A DNA stretch of 63,946 bases, the filler included, from Reticulomyxa filosa (taxonomy: Eukaryota > Protista > Foraminifera), in NCBI GenBank assembly GCA_000512085.1. It is 19 parts of 19 records of this genome, joined end to end, with 100 filler letters (N's around TTAATTAATTAA, not from the genome) between each part and the next. Parts side by side here need not be neighbours in the genome. Positions count along the whole stretch, not along the records: positions 22,477 to 24,343 come from ASPP01021922.1; positions 24,444 to 27,185 come from ASPP01001719.1; positions 27,286 to 28,627 come from ASPP01012867.1; positions 28,728 to 31,184 come from ASPP01020342.1; positions 31,285 to 34,277 come from ASPP01019739.1; positions 34,378 to 35,676 come from ASPP01050226.1; positions 35,777 to 37,104 come from ASPP01014420.1; 12 more parts are not named here. One strand, 5' to 3'. Made by a program: the position numbers and the translations under genes. Below, piece by piece: positions 24,291-36,421 of the stretch (its first letter is position 1; every line of letters begins with the position of its first letter). A model generated the notes under the pieces. That model searched no databases and had not been told where the DNA came from. It was given only the letters and a program-made list of their open reading frames with translations.

Positions 24291-24599
24291 ACTCTTTCAC
24301 ATTTTATACATTTGTGATACATGTAAATGATTTTTTTTATGTTNNNNNNNNNNNNNNNNNNNNNNNNNNNNNNNNNNNNNNNNNNNNTTAATTAATTAAN
24401 NNNNNNNNNNNNNNNNNNNNNNNNNNNNNNNNNNNNNNNNNNNTTGTTTATTCAATCTTTACTGCAATTCTTAATAAAAATTGCTTTAATTTATATATGT
24501 TGCCTACTTGCAGCAATTGCAAAAAGTATAAAAAACCCTTGGGTGTTTTATATTTTTTCGTTCCGACATGGAAATAGTCATGTGTAAAACAATCAATGT

Positions 24600-24961
24600 T
24601 GTAAGCGATACGTAGTCGAATCTCTGCATGTTTATGATTGCTATCACTTATGTCCACATTATGTGTGGTTTTTATTTCATTTATAAAATGTGTCACTAAC
24701 ATAGTGGTGCACTCATCTCCTCCCGGACCTTGTTGGACTGCCTTTATTTCCATGCCATTCTTTGTTATAGCAATAATGGAGCTAATACATTTCATGATTG
24801 ATCATTGGTCAAATACTTCAATCAAATATAACACTTTCAGGTGTTTCTACGACACGTACTTCTGCATCGACTCCAAAATATTCTTCTTTGTCATCAAATG
24901 CAACACATGAAGGGATCACTTTACTATTTGAACCATTGGCCACAGTTTCCACTGTCCCATC
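24600..24961 (-). pseudogene. Hsp70-family ATPase-domain fragments with internal deletion
   Basis: DGTVETVANGSNSKVIPSCVAFDDKEEYFGVDA...PESVIFD matches the Hsp70 N-terminus. It jumps to VFDQ*S..SIIAI..GMEIKA..GGDECTTMLVTHFINEIK..DIS...RLRIA, the DLGGG to LGGEDFD region; the intervening segment is absent. Confidence 0.75.
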
Positions 24962-25740
24962 TTGGGCCATTCGATATGATAATGCAGCACGACTACGAAT
25001 GATAGATCGATAAAATTGTGTATCAAGGATCTATCCATCTTTTGTCATTTCCCAACTTACACTAAATGTTAATTATTCCACAAATGAACATACAGCAGTT
25101 GATAATAATGATGGTAGCATATCTAAACGTCAATCCACTAAATATGCGATGTACCTTTTGCTTGCTTCATTGTCCAATGGAGTTCCATTTTTTACATAAA
25201 ATGCCACATCTGCAATATGCACACCAATTTCTAGACTACCATTATCCAATTCCAAACAATGTAAAGCATCATCAATATCAGTGCATCCGAGTGGATCAAC
25301 ACTAAATACACATAAATGGCGAATATCTCGTCGTTTGAGATTATTTCGTTCCGATTCAGGAATTTCAACATTTCGAGGCAAGCATTGTAACACTGCATCA
25401 CTCCACAAATTTGTGTTAAGAATATTGTGTTCGATCAACAAACATTGCGTCTGTACTTCAAAGTCTCCAGTTTTTCCAATTGTTTGATTGTAATGACCAT
25501 AAGGAAGCATACTATCTGTCGATGCGTACAACAATGCGTTTATCCAACAGATTATTAACTTGTTGTGTCTCCACCTTTCCTTTGACTGTTTTTGCTTTAT
25601 TATCATTCTTTTGTTCGTCTGCATCTTGCAACAATTGCACTGCGACAATGTCATCGCAAATAATAAACATTTTTCTTTTTTGTTTGAGTTTAATTTGCCA
25701 ACGTGCATTATACCAATGATATGTACGCACGGGCATTTCG
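24962..25740 (-). pseudogene. DIS3: DIS3/RRP44 exosome ribonuclease pseudogene (cold-shock to RNB region)
   Basis: DIVAVQLL, ETQQ..LLDKRIVVRID, PYGHY..IGKTGD.EVQTQCLLIEH, RRDIRHLCVFSVDPLGCTDIDDALHC..GVHIADV, RLDMLP..LS..CS and FYRSIIRSRAALSYRMAQ are present, with frameshifts, stops and deletions. Confidence 0.85.
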
Positions 25741-27354
25741 CTTGAATAATCAAGCAAATAACACAAGCATGGATTCAATTCATTTGAAATGGTGTTGCAA
25801 ATTGCGACGATTGCGTCGATGTATTCCTTTGTATATATATTTATATATCTATTTTTTTTAAAATTTATTTGTTTATTTATAAAAAAAAAAAAAAAAAATC
25901 AAACCATCTCGAAGAATAATTCCAAACAAACATTGCTGATGGAAGAAATCAAAATAAATATAGATATCCAGGATAGCTTAATTTTACTTGTCACGTTGGA
26001 AATTGTGTGAATGACGTGTGCCAAGATATCTGTCTTTTGAACGTGGCTGCCAATACGATCACACGTGGGCTCATAGACATTCATTTCGCGGATTGGTATC
26101 GATTGCTTCTCTGTCTTTGACTCGTCCATTCCTTTATTGGACGCCACATATCTGATATAACTTGATTTGAATCGATGGTCGACGCTGTAGTTTTCCAAAT
26201 CATTCAAACTTGTTGCTAAACACATTGACTTCCAATAGTCGTGCCCTTGCTGCCACTTTTTATTCGTTTCTTTGTTTGCTGTTATTTCCGTTTGCAGATA
26301 TCACAACATTGTGTCATCCATTGGAAGCTTTGCAAACTCGCCCACTAAGTATATTATTCACTGCACTGACTTCAATGCTCCGAACAGAGACATGTCCAAA
26401 TACTGCGATGGACATTCAAATACCACATAACCACGTCGTGTTGATAGGTACTCCTTGTCAGGAACACCTTTCAAAAAAGCCAATTCTAGTTCCTCTTTTT
26501 TCAAATAGTCGTCAATAGTTCTTTCACTTCTCCTAAACATTCTTTTTCTAGCCCAGGAATTGTTGAAAATGCTAAAAATTAGATCATTAATTATTTACGA
26601 GTTTTTTTCAATGTTTCGTCCCTTTCTAACCGTGCCATGACTTGTTGTTGAGTTGTCTACAACTTTGCTAATTTATTACAAATGCGTTTTTGTTATTGAA
26701 AAATGTTGTAATACTATTTTTTTGTCGAACAGACAAAATAAGCAAAAAGGTTTGATTTTATGTATTATTCTGAAGGAGAAATCTCGATTCTTTTTTTTTT
26801 TTTAAAAAATATTGGTAGTTACAAAAAGAAGTGATACTTTGAACATATAGTTGGAAGCAAAAAAAAAAAACTCAATGCTTTGATAAACGAGGTGGAAACG
26901 GAATTCATCGACAAAAACCAAGGGTATAGAAAATACTTTGACCAAGAACAAACCGCACAGTTTTTAAATGATGACCCCGACTAGCTTAACACCTTGCGAA
27001 TCACTTTCTTCGTGTTGGATCCATGGTCCACCATTTATGAGATCGGCTCTAAAGAATATTATTAACTCTTTCATACTTGTTTGTATTTACATTAACAATA
27101 TATTTATTACATATACATATACGTATATCGTGTGGGTCTGCATTGCAATGAATATGATAAAACAACCATAATAACACAATATTAGNNNNNNNNNNNNNNN
27201 NNNNNNNNNNNNNNNNNNNNNNNNNNNNNTTAATTAATTAANNNNNNNNNNNNNNNNNNNNNNNNNNNNNNNNNNNNNNNNNNNNTCGGTGCTGCGGTCG
27301 AGACGACGGGTCTGTTGGCTCGGATTTTTCGATCACAGTGGCCTGAATAAGACC

Positions 27355-27930
27355 TCAGATCACGTGCTCGGGGTCTTCCTTCGCATGGGCCTTGGCGGGC
27401 CGGCCTTCGGCCGCGTCGCGTTCCTGTTCCTTGCGGGCCTTCAGGAGCTTGCGCAGGATCATGTTCCGCTTCAGCGCCGAGATGTGGTCGATGAACAGCA
27501 CGCCGTCGAGATGGTCGATCTCGTGCTGGACGCAGGTCGCCAGCAGGCCGTCGCAGGCAAGGTCCTGCCGTTTGCCGTCGCGGTCGATATAGCGGACCGT
27601 CACCCTGGCCGGGCGGACGACGTCGGAATAATGGTCCGGCACCGAGAGGCAGCCTTCCTCGTAAGAGACGTCCTCGTCGGAGGCCTCGACGATCTCGGGA
27701 TTGGCCATGAACAGCGGGCCGGTCCTGGTGTCCTCGCGGTCGATGTCGAGCACGATCACGCGCTTCAGAACGCCGACCTGCGGCGCGGCCAGGCCGATGC
27801 CCGGGGCGTCGTACATCGTCTCCAGCATGTCATCCATGAGCTGGCGCACGCCGGCGTCGACGGTTTCGACCGGCAGGGATTTCTTCTTCAGGCGCGGATC
27901 GGGCGCGGTCAGGATGGGCAGCAGAGCCAT
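27355..27930 (-). CDS. def: Peptide deformylase (bacterial)
   Basis: MALLPILTAPDPRLKK; motifs GIGLAAPQVG, EGCLS and QHEIDHLDG. ATG at 27930, TGA at 27355. GC-rich and intronless. Confidence 0.96.
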   Translation of the reverse strand: MALLPILTAPDPRLKKKSLPVETVDAGVRQLMDDMLETMYDAPGIGLAAPQVGVLKRVIVLDIDREDTRTGPLFMANPEIVEASDEDVSYEEGCLSVPDHYSDVVRPARVTVRYIDRDGKRQDLACDGLLATCVQHEIDHLDGVLFIDHISALKRNMILRKLLKARKEQERDAAEGRPAKAHAKEDPEHVI

Positions 27931-27979
27931 CGGGCTTAAATATGCAGAGAAACGGGGCTTTTCAAGGTCACGCCCGGGG

Positions 27980-28627
27980 TCAGGTCCGGCGAACCATGGT
28001 GCCGACGCCGGCCTCGGTGAAGACCTCCAGCAGGAGCGCATGGGGCACGCGGCCGTCCATGATGACCGCCGCCTCGACGCCCGAGTTCACGGCATCGATG
28101 CAGTTCTCGACCTTGGGGATCATGCCGCCGGAAATCGTGCCGTCGGCGATCAGGGCGCGGGCCTGGTCGATCGTCATGTCGGAGATCACCTTGCCGTCCT
28201 TGTCGAGCACGCCCGGCACATCGGTCAGGAACAGCAGGCGCTTGGCCCTCAGGGCTCCTGCGATCGCGCCGGCCGAGGTGTCGGCGTTGATGTTGTAGGT
28301 CAGTTCGTCATCGACGCCGAAGCCGATGGGAGCAACCACCGGGATCACGTCGGCGCGGCGCAGCTGCTCCAGCACCATGACGTTGATCTTGGCGGGCTCG
28401 CCCACCTGCTTGAGATCCACCTTCAGGAGCTCGCCGGTCTTGGGATCGCGGATCTGCGTGACCTTCTTGGCCAGGATCAGGTTGCCGTCCTTGCCGCAGA
28501 TGCCGACGGCGATGCCGCCGCATTCGTTGATGTCGGCCACGATCGCCTTGTTGATCGAGCCGGCCAGGACCATCTCGACGATCTCCATGGTCGCGGCGTC
28601 GGTGACGCGCAGCCCGTTCACGAACGT
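27980..28627 (-). CDS. argB: Acetylglutamate kinase (bacterial), 5' truncated
   Basis: [63 protein letters not shown] and [19 protein letters not shown]. Confidence 0.96.
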   Translation of the reverse strand, partial: TFVNGLRVTDAATMEIVEMVLAGSINKAIVADINECGGIAVGICGKDGNLILAKKVTQIRDPKTGELLKVDLKQVGEPAKINVMVLEQLRRADVIPVVAPIGFGVDDELTYNINADTSAGAIAGALRAKRLLFLTDVPGVLDKDGKVISDMTIDQARALIADGTISGGMIPKVENCIDAVNSGVEAAVIMDGRVPHALLLEVFTEAGVGTMVRRT

Positions 28628-28727
28628 NNNNNNNNNNNNNNNNNNNNNNNNNNNNNNNNNNNNNNNNNNNNTTAATTAATTAANNNNNNNNNNNNNNNNN
28701 NNNNNNNNNNNNNNNNNNNNNNNNNNN

Positions 28728-28768
<41 letters not shown>

Positions 28769-30453
28769 AAGGACAGAGGGAGGAGAGGAGAAGAAGAGAA
28801 GACAAAAGGCAGAGAACAAAAAACAAACAAACAAACAAACTAGGCTTTAAGAAACAACTCAGATTGGAATGATTGGGTTGACATACGAGCTGAAGTTAAA
28901 AGAATTATATGCACCTTTGGGGGATGTATGGTTTATTGTTTGATTTGTTTGATAACATAACAAAACAATTGGTGGGATCAAACAAACTATGGATAAAACA
29001 TACATATATTTACATTGTCAATTAATCCCCGTTTCAAATGGTTGCAAATTTTTGGAGCGTAGTTAAATGATGACAAAAAATCTCGTCGCGAAAAGGGATT
29101 GTCTGATCAAGAGGGCACCAAATTGAGTGTCCAAAACTATCAGTTGTTAAATTCGTATTTTTGATATCTCCCAATATTCCAAACTTTAAAGGCGGTAAGA
29201 AACTAGCAAATATTTTGTTGTTTCAATTGTTTTTTCTCTTCCTCTTTGGTTTTTTTTTTCTTTTTTCTTTCTTTTTTTTTTTTTTTTTTTTTTTAATCAA
29301 CGCTTATATTTAAAAAGTAAGTAAGTTTTTTATATGTGATTACATTATCCTCACTTTGGTTGTTTGTTTTATTTTATCTGTTGTATGTACATTTCAAAAA
29401 GAAAGAAAAAGGGTAAATTAAGTTTTTCTGACTTTTTCATTATTGTTTTGGTGTTTTTTTTTTTTTTTTGAAAAGACTTCAATCAAATAAAATACTCAAA
29501 AAAAAAAAATTGCGTGTTTCATTTCAAAAAATCATTGTTAATTGAAGAACATGGAAGAAACTTCACAATATGGTCACAATTGTTTTTTTTCTATTTCTTC
29601 AATGTGATATTTTTTTTCTTTCTCTTTCATTGATGAATATGACCACTGTTGGTTTGATTTTTTTGGTGATGTTTTTTATTTTGTGTGTTCAATTGTATTG
29701 ATTTGAATTTCGATCAACTATCTTTTGTCTTTGGAATCAATTCAGTTTTTGTCTAACAAATTGGACAAAGGCCTTTATCCTTAAGTGATCGCTAAAGAAA
29801 GAACATTCCTGTCATCTCTTTATTAACTTAAGACGGACTCTTTTTCTTATTCGAAATAAAGATTTATGACAAATAATAAAGAACGAAAAGTTTTGTGTTT
29901 GAATTCGAATAATTGCAAGCTTTCATGGACAAGATTTACATTATGTGCGTAGAAGAACTAGCTATTGTTTGCAAACCTTCATTCATAATCTATTTCATAA
30001 TTGCCATGATTGGTTTCCGGAAAGTGACGACAAAATTAATTAAAATTACGATTATTGAAGAGTCTCAAAAAAAATCAAAATCAAAATAAAAGGATGTTTG
30101 TGAAATTTTAAGTGGGTCAGTACTGAACACAAGTTATTAAAATGAATGAAATTAAGCAAAAATCTAGAATTACTAAAGTGTTCTTACAAATAATTTTTTA
30201 CAAAAATTTATAATTTGAAAGCACAGCAGATTCAATTTGTATTCTCCTTGTCATTAATTTATTTATTCCGTCAAAAAAGATATTTTTTAAGTACCAATAT
30301 TCACACTTGGCCCAAACAAATTGGTTATGGCAATTATCCAATAATTGTGTTGTTTTTTTTCTTTACGGCTTTTTGTCAAGTTATTGTCTAATTTGGACGC
30401 ACTACGAACAACAGACTGTTTTCTGAAACAAAAAAATTTGGTGTTTACCCTGC

Positions 30454-31184
30454 ATGTTCGGTTACAATATGTCAGAGTCACAATCTGTATATGATTTATA
30501 TGAACAATTACAACAGTTTTCTCATTTGCAGGAACTGCATAGTGTGTTGTCTCGAGACATTGGCAACTTGCGAGATAAAGTGAAAAGGGCAATGGAATCT
30601 GTGCGAAAAGAAATGACATTTTTTCGCTGGTGTCTTCATGAGACAGTGAATGAGCCCTATCCATTTCCAAGAAATTCATTCGTTCAATCCTTGTCTTACG
30701 ACCAGGTGAGAAGCAATGACTATTTGAAAATAGAAAGTTTGATTGGAATTTCTTTTAGTTGGATAAAAGAAAGGAAAGAAAGAAAGAAAAAATTTTATTT
30801 ATTGCATTAAAAAAAACAAAAAAGCTATTGTTTTATCGTTCGCTAATATCCTATCTACACGACCACCCCGAAGAAATGGGGGAAATTGTGGTGAGTTTGA
30901 GTGACGTTCGAATACCTCCAAAAGAAGATACATTGGGATATCTATATTTCGACAAGGAATCGAGCCTTGCCGAGTGTGTGGTGTTTGAAATCATGGGCGC
31001 AGATGTGGATGCTTTGGTATTATTGTTACATAAAATCATGTCTTATGGAAACAACATGACAAGAATTTCCCAGAAAATTTTGCGACTGTTTATAATATTG
31101 ACATCTTACAATATCATTGATCGATTATTTAGGTATGAAAAGTTGGAACCGAAAGGGTTTGAATTCCGGGTTTTTAAAAACCCG
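30454..31184 (+). CDS. Protein beginning with a RasGAP-related (IQGAP/GAPVD1-type) N-terminal helical region, 3' truncated
   Basis: Coiled coil, then QLLFYRSLISYLHDHPEEMGEI...LAECVVFEIMG..ALVLLLHKIM.E, resembling the Y..L..L...P..LA / V..LY...LL.L pattern at the start of IQGAP/GAPVD1 GAP domains. Introns 30706-30824 and about 31040-31132. Confidence 0.45.
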
Positions 31185-31284
31185 NNNNNNNNNNNNNNNN
31201 NNNNNNNNNNNNNNNNNNNNNNNNNNNNTTAATTAATTAANNNNNNNNNNNNNNNNNNNNNNNNNNNNNNNNNNNNNNNNNNNN

Positions 31285-32300
31285 AATCGATGATGTTGAT
31301 GAAAGAGGAAGTTCTTGGATCCATTTCGATCGGTTATATGAAAAAATTTGGCTTTTTTGTACGTATCGATAATAACTGCAACCACTTTCGTTATGCCATT
31401 GATCTCACCTTTTACCTAGGGGACTACTTGATTGGAATGAAATTGCCCATTCGTGTCTCGATATGACGCCTTGGAGGCAATGTTCGATTTGTGAAGATGT
31501 TCCAATGCTGCAACAATTGAGATCCTGCGTCGTTGCAAATTGAAGATGATCTCAGAAGTATAGCCAACCAGTGTTCCTATTCTATCGGCAATTGTGGACG
31601 TAATAAAACTGCAAGTTGATGGTTGCAAGAGCATGGAAGCGCAATTTGTTGTTCGGATAGCGATCTTTCTTCAATAAATGAAGTATTCAGATTAATACTT
31701 GGACCAATGGAACTGCATTTATTACTAGCAACCATGCTGGCTTGTGGTGTCTCGATTGGTTTTAGGAAATGCTTGTAGGCTGTTGAACTGGAGAGTTTGT
31801 CGGGGAGGAGATTGTTAGTGAGATTTTGCATAACGTGATATGAAATTGCAGGTACTCCATACAAATTGTGTCATCAGGGTCTAACAAAAAAACGAACGAC
31901 TTGAGATTGGATTACAATAAGTGTATTCCATGAATTGGTGTCTGCGAAAAAGTAGAAGCCAATGGAACATCAGTTGGACGTATACTGGTAAAAAAATTGT
32001 GACACTGTCAGCTGTGTCATGATCATTATATTTCGTCCATAACGCAGTCCACTTGAGCATATATACTTTGACAGATATAACCTTCAATTGTGGGCAAATT
32101 CTGTCATCAGCATATATCGAACAGTTGCAACCACTCCATAAGTTCTGGTTGGACCATTCTATCATTGACTTGGCGGCGCAGTCGCGTATACTTTATTTGC
32201 ACATTTATATGCTGATTATAATAAGACACACAAAATGCAAGTAATCACAAATTCCATCACGACGACAATGAAAGCACAATCCACCGAAAAACGACAATCC
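31285..32300 (+). pseudogene. Decayed coding sequence with S1-like repeats (possibly RRP5-like)
   Basis: EVLG..IGYMKKFGFFVRID and GVCEKVEANG resemble S1 beta-strands. Many stops and frameshifts; coding-like GC content. Confidence 0.3.
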
Positions 32301-34439
32301 TCGTTTCTATAACAACATGCAATAACTTTGACTGTAAAATCATATATCATTTATTTTCAAGCAAACACATAAAAAAAAATTACTTAACTGACATTTGTTA
32401 TCAGCACGTGATAACAATCGTTTTTGGAGCATAGCTCCCATATAAATATAAATTAAAAAATCAAAATTTTAATTATTTCTTTCTTATTCTTGTTCTTTTT
32501 TTTTTATTCTTATTTTTTTTCATTTATTCTTTTTTTCCTTTCACTTATTATCTTTTTTTATTTTCCACTTATCTTTTTTTTCTTTATCCTTTTTTTTATC
32601 TTTTTTTTTCTTTATTATTTTTTCTTTTTCTATACTTTTTTTTTCTTATTATCACTTTTTCCCCCCCCTCCTTATTATCAATTTTTTCCCATCCCCATTA
32701 TAGAACAAAATTACATACTTTGATTGGCCTTTGCTGCACCTGATTATCCAATTCAATCTTTTTTCCTGAGAACACACTGACAATACTTTTTTTTGGAATA
32801 AAGTATAAAAAATATATGTATATATGTATATATGTATATATGTTTTTTTCTTTGCGAGGGGGAATTCCTGTTTCACCAAGCAAACACACAACCACATCGT
32901 ATATCGAAAAAATTATACAAAAAAAAAACAACATACAAACCTTTGTTTTTTCTTTTGCACACTGGATAGATTTCAACCCCAGTTTTTTGGATATTTTTTT
33001 GTGTGTGGAAGTAGTGAAATAAATGGAACTATATTTGGTGGGCGGAGGATTCCTATTACAAACAAACAACAGATTATTATGTTTAAAAAAAGAAAAAACA
33101 AGCAAACCTTGTTTGCTCCTTTCGGAGACTGTGGTGGAATTCTACCCCGTGGTATCTTTTTTTTTTTAATCACAGTATGGCCTACACACACACATAATTA
33201 TGTCACATTTTTTTTATTTATCTTTTTTTAAAAAAATCAACAAAAACAAAGTATGTACATATATTTATTTACATATCACACACACAAAAAAAGAACGATC
33301 TATACTTGGAAGAAACGCAAGTTGTTGAATTAGTTGACGGCATTTGGGTGCGACAACACATAAAGTATTTTGCATTGGTGGCTTGGCGCTGCGAGAGATT
33401 GGGGAGTCTCAACACTATGGGATATTGTTGTGGAGCATGTAATGTAGCCCCACATTCCAATTGCCAAATGAAATGGCTTTGCATTGTTTTTTTTTAGGAG
33501 ATCCGTTCATTTCTTCCATATTTGTTTGGAAAATTCCACTATCAATATTTTCATTGCGTCTGGGTTGCGAGTCACCCACATCACGAATAATTTGTTATGA
33601 CGCATTCACTTGCCACTCGTGTCAGTCGCGTCATCCACCAATTGCTCAACGCTTTGCGCAATATCTTCAACAAGCAGAGCATATTCCATTTGTTAAAATC
33701 GGCCTGAGTATATTATATATTTTAGATACCAAGATCATCATTTTTTTATAAGAGAAATTTTTTTTGCTACTCACTGGACATTTGATTTGCCGACACCATT
33801 GTTATACTGCGAAAGATGATGTCGTTTTCGACGCTATGCCAACAACTAGCACTCCAAATTCTTTTTTAATGTCGACTCTCGCGTACAATGTATATGCATT
33901 TTTATCAACGTGTCGACCTCGCCAAATGCTCCGCCATTGTACTGTTTTATCTATTTTAAGATAATTGTTTTCGTGTAGTTATTTTTTCTATGAAAACGTC
34001 AATTGTAGTGATAAAATGGAAAAAATAGATTGTCATTGAGAAAATGAAAAATAAATATTTCTTTAATTACTCGCGCCAATTCAATGATAAATGAATCGAA
34101 GTTAATCATGACGTCTTTTTTGGTGCCAATTATATCCAACAATCGCCCTCCAGTAATTTCACTCAAATTGAAATAGTCTAAAACTACTTCATTTGTCGTG
34201 ATATTATCCGGAGCTCTGTAAACAGTTGTTCAACCATGAACATACGTACACATTGCAAACACACAACTTGTACAAAANNNNNNNNNNNNNNNNNNNNNNN
34301 NNNNNNNNNNNNNNNNNNNNNTTAATTAATTAANNNNNNNNNNNNNNNNNNNNNNNNNNNNNNNNNNNNNNNNNNNNCACGCACAATTTTTATTTGCTTG
34401 TTATTTATCTATTTATGTGAATATTGTTTGCTTATAGAA

Positions 34440-35676
34440 CCTTTGATGATGCGCGACCAGGTCATTGGCTTGCAAGTGAACATTTATTCTCCATTTCGTG
34501 CGCGCAAATGTCCTATATTGTTGTATGAAGATCAAAAATCATCGACACTGTGATTGTGTCTGTTTGAACATTGATTCTTTTTGCACTCATCTTTTTCGTA
34601 AAAGGAATACGTAGAGTGTGTTGTATATTGCATACCATATGCTGTGAAGCCATGGTTTGGTCTATGTTGAAGGTCTCCATATGCGAAGGTCGCAAATGCG
34701 GGGTCAATGACTTTCATTACAGCGTATACAGTTTCATTGTAGTCTTCAATCTGAGTATTGACTGATTTCCACAAGCGATTGTTCAGCTATCGTTTCAACA
34801 ACTCCTGTGGTGTTAATTGCATAATGTCATCCTCAGATTTACTTGTATCTTTTCGGGCTCTTCTTTCAAGTTGATCAAGTTTTTCAATTTTTTCGTGTGC
34901 AATTTGTTGACCACTTTCTGCAACATCTCAAAATGATTGAAAATATCACTCCATTTCACGAAGGACTCGTCCTTATGTATGAGCAAAAACCACAAGACAA
35001 AGCCTGTGAGTTAAAGAAAACATCAAAGCATGTACACAGACAAAAGAGTTTAATGCAAGAAGAGGTTTACTCATGTTCAATATAAACACCAAAAGCTTTT
35101 AAAGATGCAATGAGCAATTGTACATTTTCTTTGACGTTTTTGTTTGAATTGGATACGGTTTTAAAGCATCAGGTTTATGTGATAACACTAGTTATCTACA
35201 AATTCGGCTTCGACCAAGTTCACCATTTCACACAACAATCCACAATTATACAATGCACTCAACACGCGGTGGGTATCCAATTTTGGTTGTGACGTGTAAT
35301 AAACACATGATTGAGTCGTCGTCACGGTTTGGAATAATCGATTTACATATGTACCAATCGATCCAACATCTTTTTCATTCTTTTATTATTTTTATTATTT
35401 GATTATATTAGTTCATGTTAATGTAGAACCTCATCAGAGAGTTTTAGTCATAGAAAACAAAACAATCATTTGAAAATAGTTAAAAAGTATCTGAAAATGT
35501 ATTTGAACCTTGCAAGCTTTATTTTCGATTATATGTTTCAGTTTTGGCAAATCATTGATTCGGCCATTCAATTCTTCAATCACCACTTGATGCTCTTTCA
35601 CCACGACTTCATTTTGTTGTGAGTTTTGCAGCATTATGTGTAATGACTCCAAAATGCTATCTCGTCTTTGCAGTTC
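34440..35676 (-). pseudogene. Decayed coiled-coil protein gene (weak resemblance to dynactin p150)
   Basis: Coiled-coil ORF 35434-35652, then fragment YICKSIIPNRDDDSIMCLLHV; broken ORFs downstream. Identity uncertain. Confidence 0.25.
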
Positions 35677-35857
35677 NNNNNNNNNNNNNNNNNNNNNNNN
35701 NNNNNNNNNNNNNNNNNNNNTTAATTAATTAANNNNNNNNNNNNNNNNNNNNNNNNNNNNNNNNNNNNNNNNNNNNGAAAAAAAAAAAAAAAGAAAGTGA
35801 CAAATAATCAAAAAATGTACATATACGTACGTACGTATATGGGGGAAAAATTGATAG

Positions 35858-36421
35858 TTCGTGTTCTCTTTGCGGAACTCCTGAATATCTTGCTCCTGAA
35901 ACAATTCAATCACTGCGACAAGAGCCAACCGTTGATTGGTGGGCCTTGGGGATTTTTATCTATGAAATGTTGTATGGAATGCCTCCTTTCCAGGGGGATG
36001 CTCAGTTAAAAATGTACGAAAAAATACTGACCTCACCAGTGGAGTTTCGAGAGCGTCCCAAAGTCTCTGCAAAAGCGCAAGATACTATCACTTCCCTTTT
36101 GAAAAAGCAACCATGCAAAAGACTTGGATATGGCAAAAATGGAACAAGAAATGTCAAGCGACATGCCTGGTTTCATGTTGAGTATTCTTTATATGCTATC
36201 TTTTTTTCTTCTTCCGATGAATGCTTGGTCAATGAATACTGTCACTTTAGAATGTCAACTGGACGGCAATGGCTGCTCAGAAATTGCAAGCTCCTTATGT
36301 CCCTTCTCTTGAAAACAACAAAGATACGAAACATTTTGAACATTTTCATGTAGAAGATATTGAAGAGGCGTTGATAGACGATCCAAATGGCGACATTTAT
36401 CGCTGGTGTGAAAATTTTTGA
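35858..36421 (+). CDS. AGC-group (PKA/PKG-like) protein kinase, C-terminal exons
   Basis: SCSLCGTPEYLAPE, VDWWALGIFIYEMLYGMPPF, RLGYGKNG..VKRHAWF, intron 36177-36250, then NW...KLQAPYVP...DTKHF and a terminal hydrophobic motif WCENF*. Confidence 0.88.

Noticed and set aside
25880-26545. Upstream fragments as the DIS3 PIN domain
   Set aside because: No DIS3 N-terminal motifs are visible; it appears to be a different, unidentified decayed gene.
27931-28041. N-terminal extension of the def ORF overlapping argB
   Set aside because: Family homology begins at MALLPIL (ATG 27930); the extension is incidental open frame.
27289-28675. Long plus-strand ORFs (216 and 324 aa) on the GC-rich contig
   Set aside because: They are antisense shadows of def and argB, typical of high-GC DNA.
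32460-32690. Phe-rich ORF suggesting a membrane protein (similar cases at 350-622, 8786-9278 and 36585-36782)
   Set aside because: These are translations of poly-T low-complexity non-coding or low-quality sequence.
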